From: a virus
IMG/VR virus record: IMGVR_UViG_3300027690_000141
Strand: one strand, 5' to 3'
DNA length: 64,000 nt
Part shown: positions 38,129 through 47,454 of the stretch, in pieces
Numbering within the stretch: position 1 is the stretch's first letter
How the letters are laid out: the number at the start of each line of letters is the position of its first letter
Made by a program: the position numbers and the translations under genes
The notes under the pieces: model-generated
What the model was told of the DNA's origin: nothing
Seen by the model: only the letters and a program-made list of their open reading frames with translations
Database searches by the model: none

Positions 38129-39978
38129 TCAAGTATCCATTTCTCCGTTTCAGGAACTTCCGGATGACCAACAGGTTCTCTCTTTCCTTCCACGTACCCC
38201 ATCCTCGCAGGTGGAGGAGGCGCCGGCTTTCGATAATCCTCCTGTATCTTGTACACTACGGCCGCTACACAGTCCGACACATCCTTTTTGCCCCCTGGTC
38301 TGTGATCAATCTTCGTCTGGTAATCTTCGAGGCTCAACAGGCAGTCGATCACCGGCTGGTAGTAATACATCTTCAGCCTGTCCTCGTAGAGTGCATCCCT
38401 CAGATTCTCGTAAGGCTCCCTGCTCGTATCAACGGACAGATAATCTCCCTTGATCCCTTTGGCCCTCAATATCTGCATCGTGTCTCTGCTCTCAAATCCG
38501 TCCAGGGTCACACTCTCGAACACAAATCCCAATGCCACCAGCTGATAGATCAGCGACCGAAAATCGCCAATGATAATCTCACCGGCCACAGGGGGCGTCA
38601 CCTCCAACATGAAATCGACGTACACCACCGGCATGGATTCCAGCACGGGCTCTCCCAACTCGTAATCGATCCTCTGGACTTGCGTGACTCCGGCCATGTG
38701 CCCCATAGCAAAACCCGCGCTGTCGCCCGTCAACGCCAAATCAATATGAGCATAGCGCCGCGCTCTCGGATTGACTTTCGGCACCATAACCCCTTCATCC
38801 GACTTCTTGCACAGCACCTCCCTCAAGATCCGCCCCTCTTTCAGCGTCGTCATCTCCTGGCTGAACGGGTGCTTCCTGTCCCGGCTGCTGCAGTCGAAAA
38901 TCTTCTCTATGTTCCTGATGAAACGCTCTATCGCTTCAACAGGCTCCCCGGCGATCTCTTGCAAAGCCCCATGAACATCCTTCTTGAACTCATCATAAAA
39001 ATCCATAGGCACATCAATTACTTTCGCGCCTTCAGCAGCTTCCTCGCCATCCTCCAGGACTTTAGCAACCACATCCCCTCTGCCTACTTGCACTCTGAAC
39101 ATCCTGCTGCTGTACGTCCCCGGAGGCCTGTTGCCATACAGACTATACCGCCGCCAGAAAATCCCTTTATTCTCCTCAGCTTCCTGGATCTTTTCTTCCG
39201 TGAATTCATCCGGGTACCTCGAGCTCGACATCATCAAAAGCTTCCCAGGCAAAATTTTGCCCCTCGTCATAAACCTCGACTTGATCCTTCTCGAAAGCGA
39301 CTTATACAGGCTCTTGGCTTGATCAAACACGCCCTTCGTGAACCTGGCCTCTCTCGCCTGGCTCTTCATCACTACGGGAAAGAAATTCACCTCGTCTATG
39401 CACGCTCCGAATATCGTCAACCCAAGAATCGACGTGTCCAGGCTCGAACCGGGAGCAAGCCACACGTTCTTGTCGAACCGCAGCTCCGTCACCAACTGCT
39501 TATCAAACTTGAACTGTTCGTTGAAATACGGGCTCATCTTGATCACGTTCATCAAGTCCTTGAAAATCACGTTCTTCGCCTGCTGCTGCCTGACCGACAG
39601 ATTCACGAAACTGATCGTCGTTCCCGGCTTGAACCCGTACATCTTCGCCGGATCCCTGAAGCATGATACTTGGTAAACCATGTACAGAATCGCCAATTCA
39701 GCGAACGTACTTTTCCCTGACCCAATACTGCCTGCCAGAATCGCCTCGTAGTAATCTCCCTCGAAAAATTCTATCAGATCATCCATGATCCGCGGCCAGA
39801 TCGACTGCCCGACATGGCCCATGAAATATTCGTCCGTCACGAACGTCTCTATGTCGACAGGATTCCACTCGTAATCTATCTCATACAGTTGATTCATAAA
39901 GGCGGGGTCGTCGAGGGCCCTCTCCAGCAAGTCAAGCTCCTGATCTTCCAGATCATACAAGATGCTCTCTACCTTCAT
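38125..39978 (-). CDS. terL: Terminase large subunit
   Basis: Walker A GSIGSGKS, Walker B ACIDEVNF, coupling motif MSS, RNase-H-like HIDLALTGD ... KDVSDCVA; upstream of the portal. Confidence 0.9.
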   Translation of the reverse strand: MKVESILYDLEDQELDLLERALDDPAFMNQLYEIDYEWNPVDIETFVTDEYFMGHVGQSIWPRIMDDLIEFFEGDYYEAILAGSIGSGKSTFAELAILYMVYQVSCFRDPAKMYGFKPGTTISFVNLSVRQQQAKNVIFKDLMNVIKMSPYFNEQFKFDKQLVTELRFDKNVWLAPGSSLDTSILGLTIFGACIDEVNFFPVVMKSQAREARFTKGVFDQAKSLYKSLSRRIKSRFMTRGKILPGKLLMMSSSRYPDEFTEEKIQEAEENKGIFWRRYSLYGNRPPGTYSSRMFRVQVGRGDVVAKVLEDGEEAAEGAKVIDVPMDFYDEFKKDVHGALQEIAGEPVEAIERFIRNIEKIFDCSSRDRKHPFSQEMTTLKEGRILREVLCKKSDEGVMVPKVNPRARRYAHIDLALTGDSAGFAMGHMAGVTQVQRIDYELGEPVLESMPVVYVDFMLEVTPPVAGEIIIGDFRSLIYQLVALGFVFESVTLDGFESRDTMQILRAKGIKGDYLSVDTSREPYENLRDALYEDRLKMYYYQPVIDCLLSLEDYQTKIDHRPGGKKDVSDCVAAVVYKIQEDYRKPAPPPPARMGYVEGKREPVGHPEVPETEKWILE

Positions 39979-40616
39979 GATTCTCGTCCTTCATTCAATA
40001 ATTGCTGCGCCTTTGGCCTCTCGTAAACTCCCCGCTCCGACTTGATCAGCCTGATCACCTGCCGGAGCTTTTCACGTTTCTCGGGCGGCATCTGTTTCAG
40101 CTTGTCGTCAAACCGCAACAGCAACTCCTCGGGCTTCCGATCAACGAGACCCAATTGCGCCTGGATCTCGTAAATCGCCACAAGCGTCGACCTCGCCTCT
40201 TTCACCTCATCCCGCGTCTGCGTCAGCGGCATGCTCACCCCGGCATCCCCCTTCATCGTCTCTTCCAGCTCAAGCCATTTGCAAATGCGATTCACCTGAA
40301 GCTGGTATAAGGTCTCGAGCTCAATCAATGCATCAACCTTCGTCGAAATCTTCTTTATGTACTTGTTCAATTTTGGATTTTTCTTCAGCGCCTCTCTCAG
40401 CAAATAATTGACCTTGGCTATCGTCCATTCCGATGGCTTGCCAATCAGTTTGTTTTTTGCCCGGGTCAAGGCCATATTGAGTGCAGATAGCTTCATGTCA
40501 GTGAAGTATCCCTGCTCCTGAAGGTTCCTCGAAATAGGGAGCACCTGCTCTCCGGACCTCAGCTTCTTCTCAATCTCCGGCCAGAACGGTAAATTATGCA
40601 GATCCTTCTGTTCCAT
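39975..40616 (-). CDS. Putative terminase small subunit
   Basis: Helical, ATGA-coupled to terL; assignment by synteny only. Confidence 0.55.
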   Translation of the reverse strand: MEQKDLHNLPFWPEIEKKLRSGEQVLPISRNLQEQGYFTDMKLSALNMALTRAKNKLIGKPSEWTIAKVNYLLREALKKNPKLNKYIKKISTKVDALIELETLYQLQVNRICKWLELEETMKGDAGVSMPLTQTRDEVKEARSTLVAIYEIQAQLGLVDRKPEELLLRFDDKLKQMPPEKREKLRQVIRLIKSERGVYERPKAQQLLNEGRES

Positions 40617-40633
40617 CTTCCTCACATACGCCT

Positions 40634-40665
40634 AAAAAAGCCCCTGTCCAAAACGAACAAGGGCT
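40634..40665 (-). terminator. Intrinsic terminator directly upstream of the terminase operon
   Basis: AGCCCTTGTTC-GTTTT-GGACAGGGGCT + TTTTT. Confidence 0.75.
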
Positions 40666-40672
40666 CTCGGTT

Positions 40673-40849
40673 TTATGCTGCAGCAAGATCCTCCAACTTC
40701 TTTTTCGCCAGTCGAATTTCCATGTCTAAGCGCTGCTCTTTTCGATGTTCCGGACAGATGCCGTGGCTATGCTCCACCTCCGACATACTCACCACGGTCT
40801 TTCGTCCTTCAGCCTCACACCAGCTACAATAGACCGGATACCTTTTCAT
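40673..40849 (-). CDS. Small Cys/His protein (58 aa)
   Basis: Hand-translated MKRYPVYCSWC...SHGICPEH; ATGA-coupled. Confidence 0.6.
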   Translation of the reverse strand: MKRYPVYCSWCEAEGRKTVVSMSEVEHSHGICPEHRKEQRLDMEIRLAKKKLEDLAAA

Positions 40850-41199
40850 CCGCCCACCTCGTGCTCATGCCACAGACATGGCTCATCCAGCTTCTCTCCG
40901 CAGACAGGGCAAAAGTCCTCTCCGAAAATTTCCCTGTCCGCTTGCTTCACATCAAACCAGGCCAATTCGTACGAAAGACAACCAGAACATCTCCAATACC
41001 CGGTCTTGCACGGGTATGCGTTGTACGCCGCAATCGATGCGCCGCACACCTCACAGCCACCCATGATAGCAAGGCCGACCCGTTCGAACTCCCCTCCGGT
41101 AATCGAACCGTCGTCATTTGCTTTCACGCCTCTGTACTTAGCCAGGTCCAAAATCGTTACAGGGCGCCTGGTCAAGTCCACAGTCGCCATAGTATCCAT
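40846..41199 (-). CDS. Hypothetical Cys-rich protein
   Basis: Three CxxC pairs. Confidence 0.6.
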   Translation of the reverse strand: MDTMATVDLTRRPVTILDLAKYRGVKANDDGSITGGEFERVGLAIMGGCEVCGASIAAYNAYPCKTGYWRCSGCLSYELAWFDVKQADREIFGEDFCPVCGEKLDEPCLWHEHEVGG

Positions 41200-41223
41200 T
41201 ACTTTTCCCTTCTTTATTCAGGT

Positions 41224-41430
41224 TCATTCAAGCGTTTTTAACCCTTCTTTGCTATCCCAAATCACGACTTTATTCATCGTGATTACCTTCGCAACTACCA
41301 TTCTGCCTCTACCAGACCCTTGAGAATACCTTGGGCTTCTATATGCAAAATCGCCCACTACTTTTATGTTCGCACCTCGCGATTTCGCATATCGAGTAAC
41401 TTTGCTCCATTGTTCTGATAATAGAGACAT
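41224..41430 (-). CDS. Hypothetical protein
   Basis: 68-aa ORF with GGAG RBS. Confidence 0.5.
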   Translation of the reverse strand: MSLLSEQWSKVTRYAKSRGANIKVVGDFAYRSPRYSQGSGRGRMVVAKVITMNKVVIWDSKEGLKTLE

Positions 41431-41440
41431 CTCCTCTCCC

Positions 41441-42313
41441 CTATTCTTTCAGTTCGTATCCGCTATACGGCAGATCCATGTCTTTGAACAAAACCTCACT
41501 CCAATCGACCTGGCCTTCCTTGCTCACTTTCACCGCGTTTTTCAGCAACCCGCCTTTCAGATAGAATTCCTCTTCCTGCGCCCTCTCGATCGTGATTCCC
41601 TTTCCCTTCGCCACCTGTCGGATCTTCTCTTTCCCCCGCTTCGTATGCTCATCCACCGCATACTCCGGGATCTCGATCCGCTTGCCTTCCTTCCGTTTCT
41701 TCTGCACGTACCACATGAAATCATCAGCCATTCTGCTCTTTGGCGCCCTGCAGAGATAAAGGATGAGAAACCCGATCTGCTCGGCCGGAACCGGCATCCA
41801 GTTCTTTCCCCTCTCCTTCATTTCCTGAAATCTCGTCTCCAGCCCCTGTCTCACCGCCGAAACCAGCAATACCGCATTCGGATCCGCCAGGCCGATATCT
41901 TCACATGCAATCGTTTGCAGCCGGTGGAGGAGATACCGCCAGTATCCACTATCAATCATCTCCATCGCCCAGTATCCCGCCTCGGCTTCCTTCCCTCTCC
42001 TGATCGATTTTTGGATGGCCGACGTCACTTCGTCCATGGGATATCCACCCTTACTCAACCACGGGTCGTTCCCGCTCTTCCTCGTCCTCTCTTCTTCTTT
42101 CATCTTCCCCTCATTTATCAGAACGTCCTCAATGTGCTTGCAGTTCTGTCCGTTTCCACCATTTTCCCATGTCTGGGCCAACCTCTTTTCGAAATGGGGG
42201 CAGGTGCAGGATGGGGGCTCCAGCCCCACCTCGTAAAACACCTTCTTGTCACTATGACTCCTGACGATGAACTTCCCGTCAGGTCTTTTCGTAATCAGAC
42301 TGCTCTCTTCCAT
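41441..42313 (-). CDS. SWIM Zn finger fused to an MgsA/RarA C-terminal-like domain (no ATPase)
   Basis: YEV...SCTCP...CKHI (SWIM); SAIQKSIRRG...A.YW..M...RL..IACEDIGLADP.A...YLCRAPKSR...IPEYAVD.HT. Confidence 0.8.
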   Translation of the reverse strand: MEESSLITKRPDGKFIVRSHSDKKVFYEVGLEPPSCTCPHFEKRLAQTWENGGNGQNCKHIEDVLINEGKMKEEERTRKSGNDPWLSKGGYPMDEVTSAIQKSIRRGKEAEAGYWAMEMIDSGYWRYLLHRLQTIACEDIGLADPNAVLLVSAVRQGLETRFQEMKERGKNWMPVPAEQIGFLILYLCRAPKSRMADDFMWYVQKKRKEGKRIEIPEYAVDEHTKRGKEKIRQVAKGKGITIERAQEEEFYLKGGLLKNAVKVSKEGQVDWSEVLFKDMDLPYSGYELKE

Positions 42314-42351
42314 TCTCAATCCCTCCCTTCTGTGTTTTATGTTTTATGATA

Positions 42352-42379
42352 ACTTTAACACATCCGGCAGGAATATCAA
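42352..42379 (-). promoter_or_regulatory. Sigma70-like promoter TTGATA-N16-TAAAGT with extended -10 (TG)
   Basis: AT-rich gap upstream of the SWIM-MgsA_C gene. Confidence 0.55.
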
Positions 42380-42380
42380 G

Positions 42381-42416
42381 AAAAAAGCACGAAAAATCAA
42401 CGCCTTATGCTTTTTT
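42381..42416 (-). terminator. Possible terminator ending the sugar operon
   Basis: AAAAAAGCA...TGCTTTTTT inverted repeat overlapping the SDR stop; large loop. Confidence 0.4.
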
Positions 42417-43367
42417 TATCTCAGCTTCCAAGATCTCTTCGATTAGCTCATCAAAGCTAATCTGCAATTTCCAGCCAAGCTTTGACAATCTCCAAATATC
42501 TGCTACCGGCCAACCCGTGCCACATCGGGCATTTTCGAACACAACAACATCGTCTACCGGTGGAGCGTTCTCTATCTGCAATAAACCTGCTCCCAGCTCA
42601 TACGCACGCTTCACGATACTGTACACATTTCTCCGCATCCCCGAGCCGATGACATAATCCGTGTTCTCTCCCTTCTCCATGATCAAAACCATCGCTTCAG
42701 CAACGTCACGGGCATGCAAAAAATCACGCACGTCTAATCGGCTCTTCATTTCTATCGGTTTCTTAACCTTCCCAAATTCAGCCAGCTCCCGGCACACCCT
42801 CACAACCTCTCTCGCCACACGCACCAACAGGTAATCACCTTTCTGAACTGCTGATGAATGATTGAATGGAATCGCCGCGGCTACGTGAAGGCCGTATCTC
42901 CTGTACACCCGGGCCATCATCAGGCCGGCCGCCTTTGTCGCCCCGTAAAAATCAGTTGGATTCAATGCTGTCCGCTCGCTTTGAGGACCCGCGGCGTACT
43001 CCCCAAACACATTGTCCGATCCCACATAAAGCACTTTGACCTTTGGATTAAACCTCCTGACAGCCTCCAGCACATTCAACGTGCCCATCACATTCACTTC
43101 CACCATTCCTCGTGCATGCGTATCCGCCATCTTTGGATCCGCAACTGCCGCCAGGTGATAAATCTCCTCCACCTTACACGTCTCCAGCGCTCGCCGAATT
43201 GCCTCAAAATCCATGATGCCACCCGAAAACCGACCCCCTACCCTCTCCACATTGTCCGGGCCCTCAACAATATCAAGTCCGTACAGCACGTAACCCTTGG
43301 CACTCAGGATCTCAGCCAGCCAGTACCCATCCTGGCCCGCATAACCAGTAATCAACACGCTTTTCAC
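42405..43367 (-). CDS. NDP-sugar SDR, GDP-mannose dehydratase (Gmd)/Rmd family
   Basis: VLITGYAGQDG, YHLAA, YGATK (YxxxK), FNH, RDFLHARDVAEAM; VGSDNVFG lacks the Gmd Glu; GTGA overlap with the ParB stop. Confidence 0.85.
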   Translation of the reverse strand: MKSVLITGYAGQDGYWLAEILSAKGYVLYGLDIVEGPDNVERVGGRFSGGIMDFEAIRRALETCKVEEIYHLAAVADPKMADTHARGMVEVNVMGTLNVLEAVRRFNPKVKVLYVGSDNVFGEYAAGPQSERTALNPTDFYGATKAAGLMMARVYRRYGLHVAAAIPFNHSSAVQKGDYLLVRVAREVVRVCRELAEFGKVKKPIEMKSRLDVRDFLHARDVAEAMVLIMEKGENTDYVIGSGMRRNVYSIVKRAYELGAGLLQIENAPPVDDVVVFENARCGTGWPVADIWRLSKLGWKLQISFDELIEEILEAEIKKA

Positions 43368-44095
43368 ACTTTCACCCCCGTATCTCTTTCCAACAGATTG
43401 TTCATGTACACGTTGACGTCCGTCTTTCTCTCCAGGCACTCTTCCACAATACGATCGATATTCTTCTTCGTCCTGTCCGTCATTTTCACCATCAAGTGGT
43501 CTTGCCCTCCATACCGGAACACCAGAAAGCTCTGTTTCAACTGCTCGCCATGCTGGGCAAAGATCCGTTTGATAATCCGCGCCAGCGACTCCACGTCCTC
43601 TATCTCACCTTTCGACTTGTCCAACCGGTCCACAATCTCAGGGGGAAGCGACTTCCGGATATCCCTATACAGATTTTTCCAGGCTCTCTCGCTCACCAGC
43701 CCCATCTGCGAGCGCAAATAATCGGGGTCGTACTGCTTCCTGAGCCGGTTAAACAGCCTTGTGAACTTAAACGGATTCAGTCTGCCCCTGATCACGTTCT
43801 CTCGTATCAACCGGATCTTGCGCTCATTCTCCGACAGCTCTTGAACGACGCAGGGCACTTTCGTCATGCCAAGCACTCTTCCTGCAGCGACCCGGTGAGC
43901 CCCCGCTACGATCCAAAACCCATCCTCCTTGAATTGAACCACCCTCACCGGATCAATAAAACCGTGCTCCTTGATCTCTTCCACCAAAGCAGCAAAAATC
44001 TCCGGCTCTTCCTCGTTCGGATTCTCCTCGTCCGCATACAACTGATCGATCGGAATCCAGACAATATCAACCTTTGGAACTTCTTCCGCCATCAC
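43364..44095 (-). CDS. ParB/Srx N-terminal domain protein
   Basis: IPIDQL...NPN...LVEEIKEHGFIDPV...IVAGAHRV.A...VPCVV...EN.IRG. Confidence 0.85.
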   Translation of the reverse strand: MMAEEVPKVDIVWIPIDQLYADEENPNEEEPEIFAALVEEIKEHGFIDPVRVVQFKEDGFWIVAGAHRVAAGRVLGMTKVPCVVQELSENERKIRLIRENVIRGRLNPFKFTRLFNRLRKQYDPDYLRSQMGLVSERAWKNLYRDIRKSLPPEIVDRLDKSKGEIEDVESLARIIKRIFAQHGEQLKQSFLVFRYGGQDHLMVKMTDRTKKNIDRIVEECLERKTDVNVYMNNLLERDTGVKV

Positions 44096-44103
44096 GACCT
44101 CAT

Positions 44104-45147
44104 CTATCTATATTCGAGCCAATGTCGATGCGCCGGGTCCGCAATCCACGCTACAGTTTTTTCAAGCGACCTCTCAAACGATACAGGCGGCTCCCATTCC
44201 ATCAGCAGCATCTTATCGCCGCTCAACGAATAACGCAGATCATGCCCCGGACGGCTGCTGTGGAAGTCCACCATCTCGTACCGAAGCGGTTTCCCTAGAA
44301 CGTCCGCGATCAACTGCGCCATTTCGAGATTCGAGACCTCTCTTTCGCCAACCACGTTATACTTCTCCCGCGACACAAACCTTGGCACCAAATACCTGGC
44401 AGCGGCCGCTACGTTCCGACAGTGGATATAAAACCGGGACCCCGCTTTCGTTCTCGTCGCGTCCGAATGAATCGTCACAGTCTCGCCGGCCAGAATCTTT
44501 TTCACACACTGGGGAATGAACTTTTCCGGGTGCTGCCTTTCGCCAAAGTTGTTCATCGTGTGCGTGATAAACACCGGCAACCTGTACGTATTCGCCCAAG
44601 CCAGACAGAGCTCTTCGGCGCCCGCCTTGGTCGCCGAATACGGGTTTGTCGAGTTGTACCGGTCCCACTCGTAATACGTTTCGTGACCTTCTAGACAAGT
44701 TCCCCGACGCCAGTAAATGACCGTCTGCACGGCAGGCCCGAACACTTCATCGGTCGAAAAATAATGGAAAACAGTCAGCCGTGGCAGTTTCCTCGCAAAA
44801 TTCAACATATGCATCGTCCCAACGACATTGGACATCACAAACGGCTCCGGGTCAGCGATCGACTTATCCACATGCGTCTCCGCCGCCAGGTGGAAAATCA
44901 CTTCTGTCCCCGACAGCTCCTCAATCAATCCATCGGCGATCGGCCTTGTAATATCGGCTGTGAAGATCCTGACCCTCTTGTTGTCGTACGCCTCGATATC
45001 CCTTATCCTGTCCAACTTCATCGAGGCGTATGTCAGCTTGTCAATGATATCGATTTCCCAATCCGTGTTTTTCAGGAAATCCTCCACGAAATGGTGTCCA
45101 ACAAAACCACAGCCGCCCGTTATCACCACACGCTTTGCCATAATCAT
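44104..45147 (-). CDS. rfbB: dTDP-glucose 4,6-dehydratase (RmlB)
   Basis: TGGCGFVG, DKLTYA, HLAAETHVDKSI, STDEVFG, YSATKAG, NNFG..Q.PEKFIP, RPGHDLRY. Confidence 0.92.
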   Translation of the reverse strand: MIMAKRVVITGGCGFVGHHFVEDFLKNTDWEIDIIDKLTYASMKLDRIRDIEAYDNKRVRIFTADITRPIADGLIEELSGTEVIFHLAAETHVDKSIADPEPFVMSNVVGTMHMLNFARKLPRLTVFHYFSTDEVFGPAVQTVIYWRRGTCLEGHETYYEWDRYNSTNPYSATKAGAEELCLAWANTYRLPVFITHTMNNFGERQHPEKFIPQCVKKILAGETVTIHSDATRTKAGSRFYIHCRNVAAAARYLVPRFVSREKYNVVGEREVSNLEMAQLIADVLGKPLRYEMVDFHSSRPGHDLRYSLSGDKMLLMEWEPPVSFERSLEKTVAWIADPAHRHWLEYR

Positions 45148-45158
45148 CGCCTTTCATC

Positions 45159-45235
45159 TGGGAGCGGGGACGGGATTCGAACCCGCGATTGCCGGCTTAT
45201 GAGACCAGCGGCTTAGACCCCTTGCCTACCCCGCA
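45159..45235 (-). tRNA. tRNA with CAU anticodon (Met/fMet-like, atypical)
   Basis: TGCGGGG/CCCCGCT acceptor stem, GGC/GCC D-stem, CTCATAA loop, GCGGG-TTCGAAT-CCCGT T-arm, encoded CCA. Confidence 0.9.
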
Positions 45236-45246
45236 TCCAATTACTC

Positions 45247-46416
45247 CTACAACGCCTTAATCGTCCTCTTGTACTCCTGCACGATCACTCCCACCATGTA
45301 CTCGATTTGGTCCGTCATGAGCGCCCCGTAGCACGGAAACATCAGTACATGCGTCGATGCGTACTCCGCCATCGGGCATTTGAAACCCAGCTCCTTGTAC
45401 ATCGGCTGAACGTTCATCGGCCAGAACGGGGGAATCAGCGCTACCCCCCGGCTTTCAATCCGAGTCGTCATCTCATCGAACTGTTCTATCGTTTTGAGCC
45501 CATGAAACATCAACGGAAACTGATAGTAACAATGACCCGGATAATCCTTCATCCAGCTTACGCGGTCCTCTTCGGCCAGATCCGCACAGAGCACTTCCAG
45601 GATCGTTCGCCAACTCGCAGCAGCCTGCCGCCTTCGCTCTATGTTCTTCTGCAGGTTCCGTATCTGCGATAATCCGAACGCCGCAGCCACGTTGCTTATC
45701 TCGTAGTTATACCCGATTACTGGCAGGTCCCGGTACCTCGATACCGTTGAATCGTTATGCAGACCAAGATCGCTGTAGAACTTGACCAACCTCAACAAAT
45801 TTGGATCATCCATCACACAACCACCGCCTGTACCAAGCGACGTCAGCATCTTGTCTCCCCGGAATGAATAACATCCAATCACTCCGAGCGTTCCCTGGTA
45901 TTCATCTGGCCACCTCGGGCCCCGGTATTTGCCACCAGCGTTCTCACACGCATCCTCTATGAACGGAACCCCTTGCTTCTGGCAAACCTCAATCACCTCC
46001 TGCTTGCACGAACTGCCGTACAAGTGAGTAACCAAGACCAGTCGCTTTCGGCTTCGATACAGATACAGCGCCTCCTCGACCTTCTCCGGGTCCATTCCGT
46101 ACGTCTCGTACTCGCAGTCCACGAAAACAGGCGTAGCACCCACGTAGCTCACCGGGAACACGGTGGGCGAACACGTGTACGCAGGCACCAGCACCAGCCA
46201 ATCCTTATCGATCCCCAGCGACAACAGCGCACAATGAATAGCGCCTGTCCCTGACGACAGCGGCCATGCGTACTCCTTGCCCACGTATTCCGCCCAAGCA
46301 TTCCCAAATTCAGCCAGTTTCGGACCCCTGGGCGACATGATATTCGATTTGATCGCATCGACCGCAGCCTGCACGTCCTCTTGGTCGTAATCAATGTGGT
46401 GAAACGGTACCTTCAT
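45247..46416 (-). CDS. DegT/DnrJ/EryC1/StrS sugar aminotransferase (perosamine synthase/VioA-like)
   Basis: SSGTGAIHCAL, VGATPVFVD, THLYG, IEDAC, YSFRGDK (PLP Lys), GYNY, LMFPCY..L. Confidence 0.92.
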   Translation of the reverse strand: MKVPFHHIDYDQEDVQAAVDAIKSNIMSPRGPKLAEFGNAWAEYVGKEYAWPLSSGTGAIHCALLSLGIDKDWLVLVPAYTCSPTVFPVSYVGATPVFVDCEYETYGMDPEKVEEALYLYRSRKRLVLVTHLYGSSCKQEVIEVCQKQGVPFIEDACENAGGKYRGPRWPDEYQGTLGVIGCYSFRGDKMLTSLGTGGGCVMDDPNLLRLVKFYSDLGLHNDSTVSRYRDLPVIGYNYEISNVAAAFGLSQIRNLQKNIERRRQAAASWRTILEVLCADLAEEDRVSWMKDYPGHCYYQFPLMFHGLKTIEQFDEMTTRIESRGVALIPPFWPMNVQPMYKELGFKCPMAEYASTHVLMFPCYGALMTDQIEYMVGVIVQEYKRTIKAL

Positions 46417-46627
46417 ATTCCTTTCTCCTTTCAGTCTTGAATTCTCTTGTCGGCTTTCTCAGCAGCTTCTCGATAAACCAGACTCTCTTCCTTAACGTTG
46501 ACGCATAACGCATCAGCCTCTCTTTCACTTGAGGCGTAAGCTCGTCATATCTATCAAGCCTTTTAATCCATTCCCAATCACCTGTATCGTCTCCTTTTCT
46601 CCTGCTCCTGTCTCTTCCATTCCCCAT
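46391..46627 (-). CDS. Hypothetical basic protein
   Basis: Start refined to MGNGRD after GGAGG. Confidence 0.45.
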   Translation of the reverse strand: MGNGRDRSRRKGDDTGDWEWIKRLDRYDELTPQVKERLMRYASTLRKRVWFIEKLLRKPTREFKTERRKEYEGTVSPH

Positions 46628-46641
46628 CAAAAGACCTCCTT

Positions 46642-47394
46642 TCACCTTTCCATCTGCTCCACCACGACCAACCGAAACCTGCCGTGCTTCTCGATCCATC
46701 CTTTGAACACCGGCATGTGCTGCGCAGTCAAATCGATCAACAGCGTCACAGGCGCCACCAGCCACCACAGCCATTTCGGTGTCCGAACGAACAACGCCCG
46801 GTCAATCACGTTCGCCGTAATACCTTTCAATTTTAGATGTACATGCAGATCGTTTTTCGCTATCCACAGCGCCTCAACCAAAAATTCGTCCCATGTGATC
46901 GGATGCTTGTAGTCCAGCCCAACCTGATACCAAGGAGACTCCATCCTCAGGTCCTCAAAAAGCACCGTCACAGGAGCCACCGCCATAATCGACGCCAACG
47001 CTTTCTTCCAATCGTTCGTACACTCCAACACGCTGCACACCACGGCGACATCAGGCGTCCATGCTTTGACCAAATTGACTTCAGGCAGCAGCTCGATATC
47101 CACGCCGGGTACATACATCAATCGATCAGCTACACGCTCCTTGTTTCGCCCGTAATCGAATCGATCCACACCCATGACGTAACACGCGAACTTCTGAATC
47201 AACCACAAATCCAGCCAGCAATCCCCGCAGCCAGCGTCCAAAATCGTTTTTCCTCTCAACAAATTTTCAACCCGCTTGAAACAGTGTTTGATCAGCGTCT
47301 TGCTGTACCAGTCCTTCCATCTGTCCAGATACCACGTGGACCCTTCTCCCAAATCCGCACGGTTCTTCCAGTATGTTTCGCTCTTTGCCGGCAT
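46642..47394 (-). CDS. Class I SAM-dependent methyltransferase
   Basis: ILDAGCG, VMGVD, VCSVLEC. Confidence 0.85.
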   Translation of the reverse strand: MPAKSETYWKNRADLGEGSTWYLDRWKDWYSKTLIKHCFKRVENLLRGKTILDAGCGDCWLDLWLIQKFACYVMGVDRFDYGRNKERVADRLMYVPGVDIELLPEVNLVKAWTPDVAVVCSVLECTNDWKKALASIMAVAPVTVLFEDLRMESPWYQVGLDYKHPITWDEFLVEALWIAKNDLHVHLKLKGITANVIDRALFVRTPKWLWWLVAPVTLLIDLTAQHMPVFKGWIEKHGRFRLVVVEQMER

Positions 47395-47412
47395 GTATCG
47401 TCCTCCTTTATA

Positions 47413-47426
47413 TACTACCAGTAGTA
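47413..47426. promoter_or_regulatory. Palindrome TACTACCAGTAGTA, candidate operator
   Basis: Intergenic, just upstream of TATATA and the AAGGAGG RBS; 13/14 match to 1400-1413. Confidence 0.4.
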
Positions 47427-47454
47427 AATTTTCCCAACGAACAAAATCATTGAC

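Noticed and set aside
38125-39978. Intein or intron in terminase, portal or capsid
   Set aside because: ORFs are continuous, of normal length, and lack intein or homing-endonuclease motifs.
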